A stretch of 63,874 nt of DNA, the filler included, from Reclinomonas americana ATCC 50394 (lineage: Eukaryota), in assembly GCA_048213135.1 (NCBI GenBank). It is 5 parts of 3 records of this genome, joined end to end, with 100 filler letters (N's around TTAATTAATTAA, not from the genome) between each part and the next. Parts side by side here need not be neighbours in the genome. Positions count along the whole stretch, not along the records: positions 60,279 to 63,874 come from PS015211.1; 4 more parts are not named here. One strand, 5' to 3'. Position 1 is the stretch's first letter; each line of letters starts with the position of its first letter. Positions 61,323 to 63,874 of the stretch are shown in pieces. The notes beneath the pieces are model-generated. The model saw only the letters and a list, made by a program, of their open reading frames with translations, was not told the DNA's origin and ran no database searches. The position numbers and the translations under genes are program-made.

Positions 61323-63775
61323 TTACAATCCCGGAGGCCGTTGGTCGTATGATTGCGTGGCCCACGGTTGTTGTTGCTGCTGCTGCTGCTGCTGTGACGG
61401 ATCACCCCACGGTGCCGGCTGCGCGAATGAACCAAGAATCACTGGTGAACAAATAGCAACAAAAAAAAGGATACAACACAAACAGAAAGAGAGACTTACC
61501 GCGCCCCACGGAGCACCAGGAGCTGGAGGTACCGGCACACCATAGCCCGGATATCCACCGTACGCGGCCGGCGGCGGCGGTGGTGGGTAGCCGGGGTAGG
61601 CTGCCGCGGGTGGCGGATAGTAGCTGGGAGCCATGCCCGGTGCCAGGCCAGGAGCCATACCGGGAGCCATAGCAGGTGCCGGTAGCATGCCGCCACCGTA
61701 ACCGCCGGCTGATGGCGGTGGTGGAGGTGGCGGTGGTGCTGCGCGCGCGGAGCGGTCCTTGCCTTCGATTTCCGCCATGAAATCCTGATACTCTTCATCC
61801 ATGCGCGAGTTGCCTCGGCCACCGGCAGCACCGGCGCCACCGGCCATGCCAGCACCACCAGCAAAGTACTGGTCGGTATGCCTGCCGGAGCCGCCCTCCT
61901 GTCGATCGTCGCGCAATGTGCCTGGGGGAGGAGCAGTGTGAGAAAGAAAAGAAGCAAGGGAGGAGAGCTAATTTGTGTGTGCCTACCATTGATCTTGGCC
62001 AGCTCCTCCAGCTGCTTGCGCTTCCAGTCGTTCAGGTCGTCGTCGATGGGCACCAAGAGCTTTTCAATCATCTTGACGGCCTGGGGTGAGGAGGAGTGAG
62101 TGCGTGAGTGAATGGAGATGGAAGGAGGAGAGGGGCATTAACACGAAACCTTATCGACTTGCTCCATGGTGTCACCTGTCACGGCCACGTGCAAATCCTC
62201 ATCATCGCCTGGCTGCGGGCGATTGGACTGTGGATTGCACGCAGAGAGGGAGTGAGACAGAGAGCGGGCAGTGAGGAATAGAGATCGACGCAACTCTGCC
62301 CTCCTTCGTGGAACCCTTGCCACGAATAGCAATGTTGCAACCGGTTTCACGCGTCAGGCGCTTCTGAGTGTTGCCACGCGGACCGATGATCAAACCTGTT
62401 GAGGCAGAAAGTGTGTCAGTGAGAGGCCGCGGGTGAGAAAACGACAGTGCCATCACGCACCAATAAAATTGTAGTCCGGGTACTTCTTGTACGGAATGGG
62501 GATCTTCTTCGTGATGCGCAGGTTCTCCGGCTTCATGTCAACCGGCGGCTGCAAGGAACGAGCATCCATTTTTTAAAACATCAAACAACCACACACGCGG
62601 TCAACAAAAACATCACGCAACTCTGAACTGCGGCCACACTTGCATGGCTTTCTTGACCAGATCGCGTCGTTCAATGTTGAGGCGATCCTTGACGACCTGA
62701 TCACGCGTGTTCTGGCGCTTGCCGTACCGATCGTAAACGTAGTCTGGCGATGGCTCACTGCGCGTCGACGGAGATGAGAGGACATGCTGAAAACATGCAG
62801 GAGACACAAGACTCACCGCTGCATCTCTTCCTCCTCATACGCGCCCAGGTTGACCTTGCGGCCGATTTCCTCCAGGCGAGCGCGGACTGCAGCGAGAATG
62901 GTGAGACGAAGGGATGAGGGAGGGAGAAGAGGGAAGGGAGGGAAGGATGGAAGGGACGGGAGAAGGAGAGGAGAAGGAGAGGAGAAGGAGAGGAGAAGGA
63001 GAGGAGAAGGAGAGGAGAAGGAGAGGAGAAGGAGAGGAGAAGGAGAGGAGAAGGAGAGGAGAAGGAGAGGAGAGGAGAGAGAGAGAGAGAGGGAGAGAGG
63101 GNNNNNNNNNNNNNNNNNNNNNNNNNNNNNNNNNNNNNNNNNNNNNNNNNNNNNNNNNNNNNNNNNNNNNNNNNNNNNNNNNNNNNNNNNNNNNNNNNNN
63201 NNNNNNNNNNNNNNNNNNNNNNNNNNNNGGAGGGGAGAAGGAGGGGAGAAGGAGGGGAGAAGGAGAGGAGAAGGAGAGGAGAAGGAGAGGAGAAGGAGAG
63301 GAGAAGGAGAGGAGAAGGAGAGGAGAAGGAGAGGAGAAGGAGAGGAGAAGGAGAAGAACAAAGAAGGCGGAAAGAAGTGGGGCTGAAGATGAGTAAGGCA
63401 TGGCGAGAACGGGAGGGTGGATAACGGAGAGAGGAAAGGCAGGGAGGGGAGGGTATGTCCAAGTTGTCGGTGAGCAATGTCGTTGTAGGGGAAAGGCTGA
63501 GCAGCGATGCTGAGTAGGCGCATGCATGGGGACGAAGTGATCCCAGTGTGCAGACGTGTGCATTCGTCTCTCTCCCCTCTCCTCTCTTCCCTCACTACCT
63601 CTCTCTCTCTCTCTCCCACCCCCTCGTTCCACGCAACTCATAAACGCCTGCTGCGCCTCCTCCGTCATCCCATACGGAATGTGCGGCGGCACTCCCGGAA
63701 TCACAGTCTTCTGCTCCGGTCCCCAACGACGACGCCGCGCCTGTGACATGTGCTCGCGACGAATGCGCTCCTTTT
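61323..63775 (-). CDS. SF1: Splicing factor 1 / branchpoint-bridging protein; 5' end lies beyond the window
   Basis: [35 protein letters not shown] domain [43 protein letters not shown]2 [32 protein letters not shown], and a Pro-rich tail. Confidence 0.96.
62960..63355. repeat. 11-bp minisatellite (GGAGAGGAGAA)n in an SF1 intron
   Basis: Perfect tandem copies on both sides of a gap. Confidence 0.92.
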
Positions 63776-63874
63776 CTGCACACACACATGCAAACACAAA
63801 GTAAGAAACAAAGAGAAGAGACAAAGAGAAGACAGAGAATGCAGACACGAAACCTTCATCAATCGGCTTCTTGG

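Overview
Gene-dense, very intron-rich nuclear DNA from a eukaryote, probably a flagellated protist (BBOF1 and CFAP141 are present). It is a gappy scaffold with N-runs and four artificial N44-TTAATTAATTAA-N44 linkers. The supplied ORF track is mostly misleading, because genes are split by many introns of about 55-90 nt plus a few kb-sized introns filled with repeats. Splicing by eye gives: XPF/ERCC4; an RWD-Kelch-BTB-BTB protein; an orphan multipass membrane protein; BBOF1; SMG8; an acid-sphingomyelinase-like phosphoesterase; a secreted IPT/TIG protein; TMEM87; an EGF-repeat/SUEL-lectin protein; an INTS10-like protein; MBF1; CFAP141; an RBR E3 ligase; NELF-C/D; SF1/BBP; and several hypotheticals. 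All family calls come from remembered motifs, not database searches. The most striking signal is in the splicing. At least 22 donors read GTTGCG/GTTGAG/GTTAAG/GTTACG, i.e. the genome's ordinary GTGCG/GTGAG/GTAAG donor displaced by one base, usually with A at -1. This matches the rare 'shifted U1 register' 5' splice site of humans but is a common class here. Also notable: 4-nt and 12-nt microexons, an SF1 with RSPSP changed to REPSP and no zinc knuckle, NELF plus a possible Integrator subunit, a ~145-bp-periodic AP-1/GCN4-site array upstream of MBF1, and four gene pieces lying inverted relative to the rest of their genes (most likely scaffold mis-orientation).
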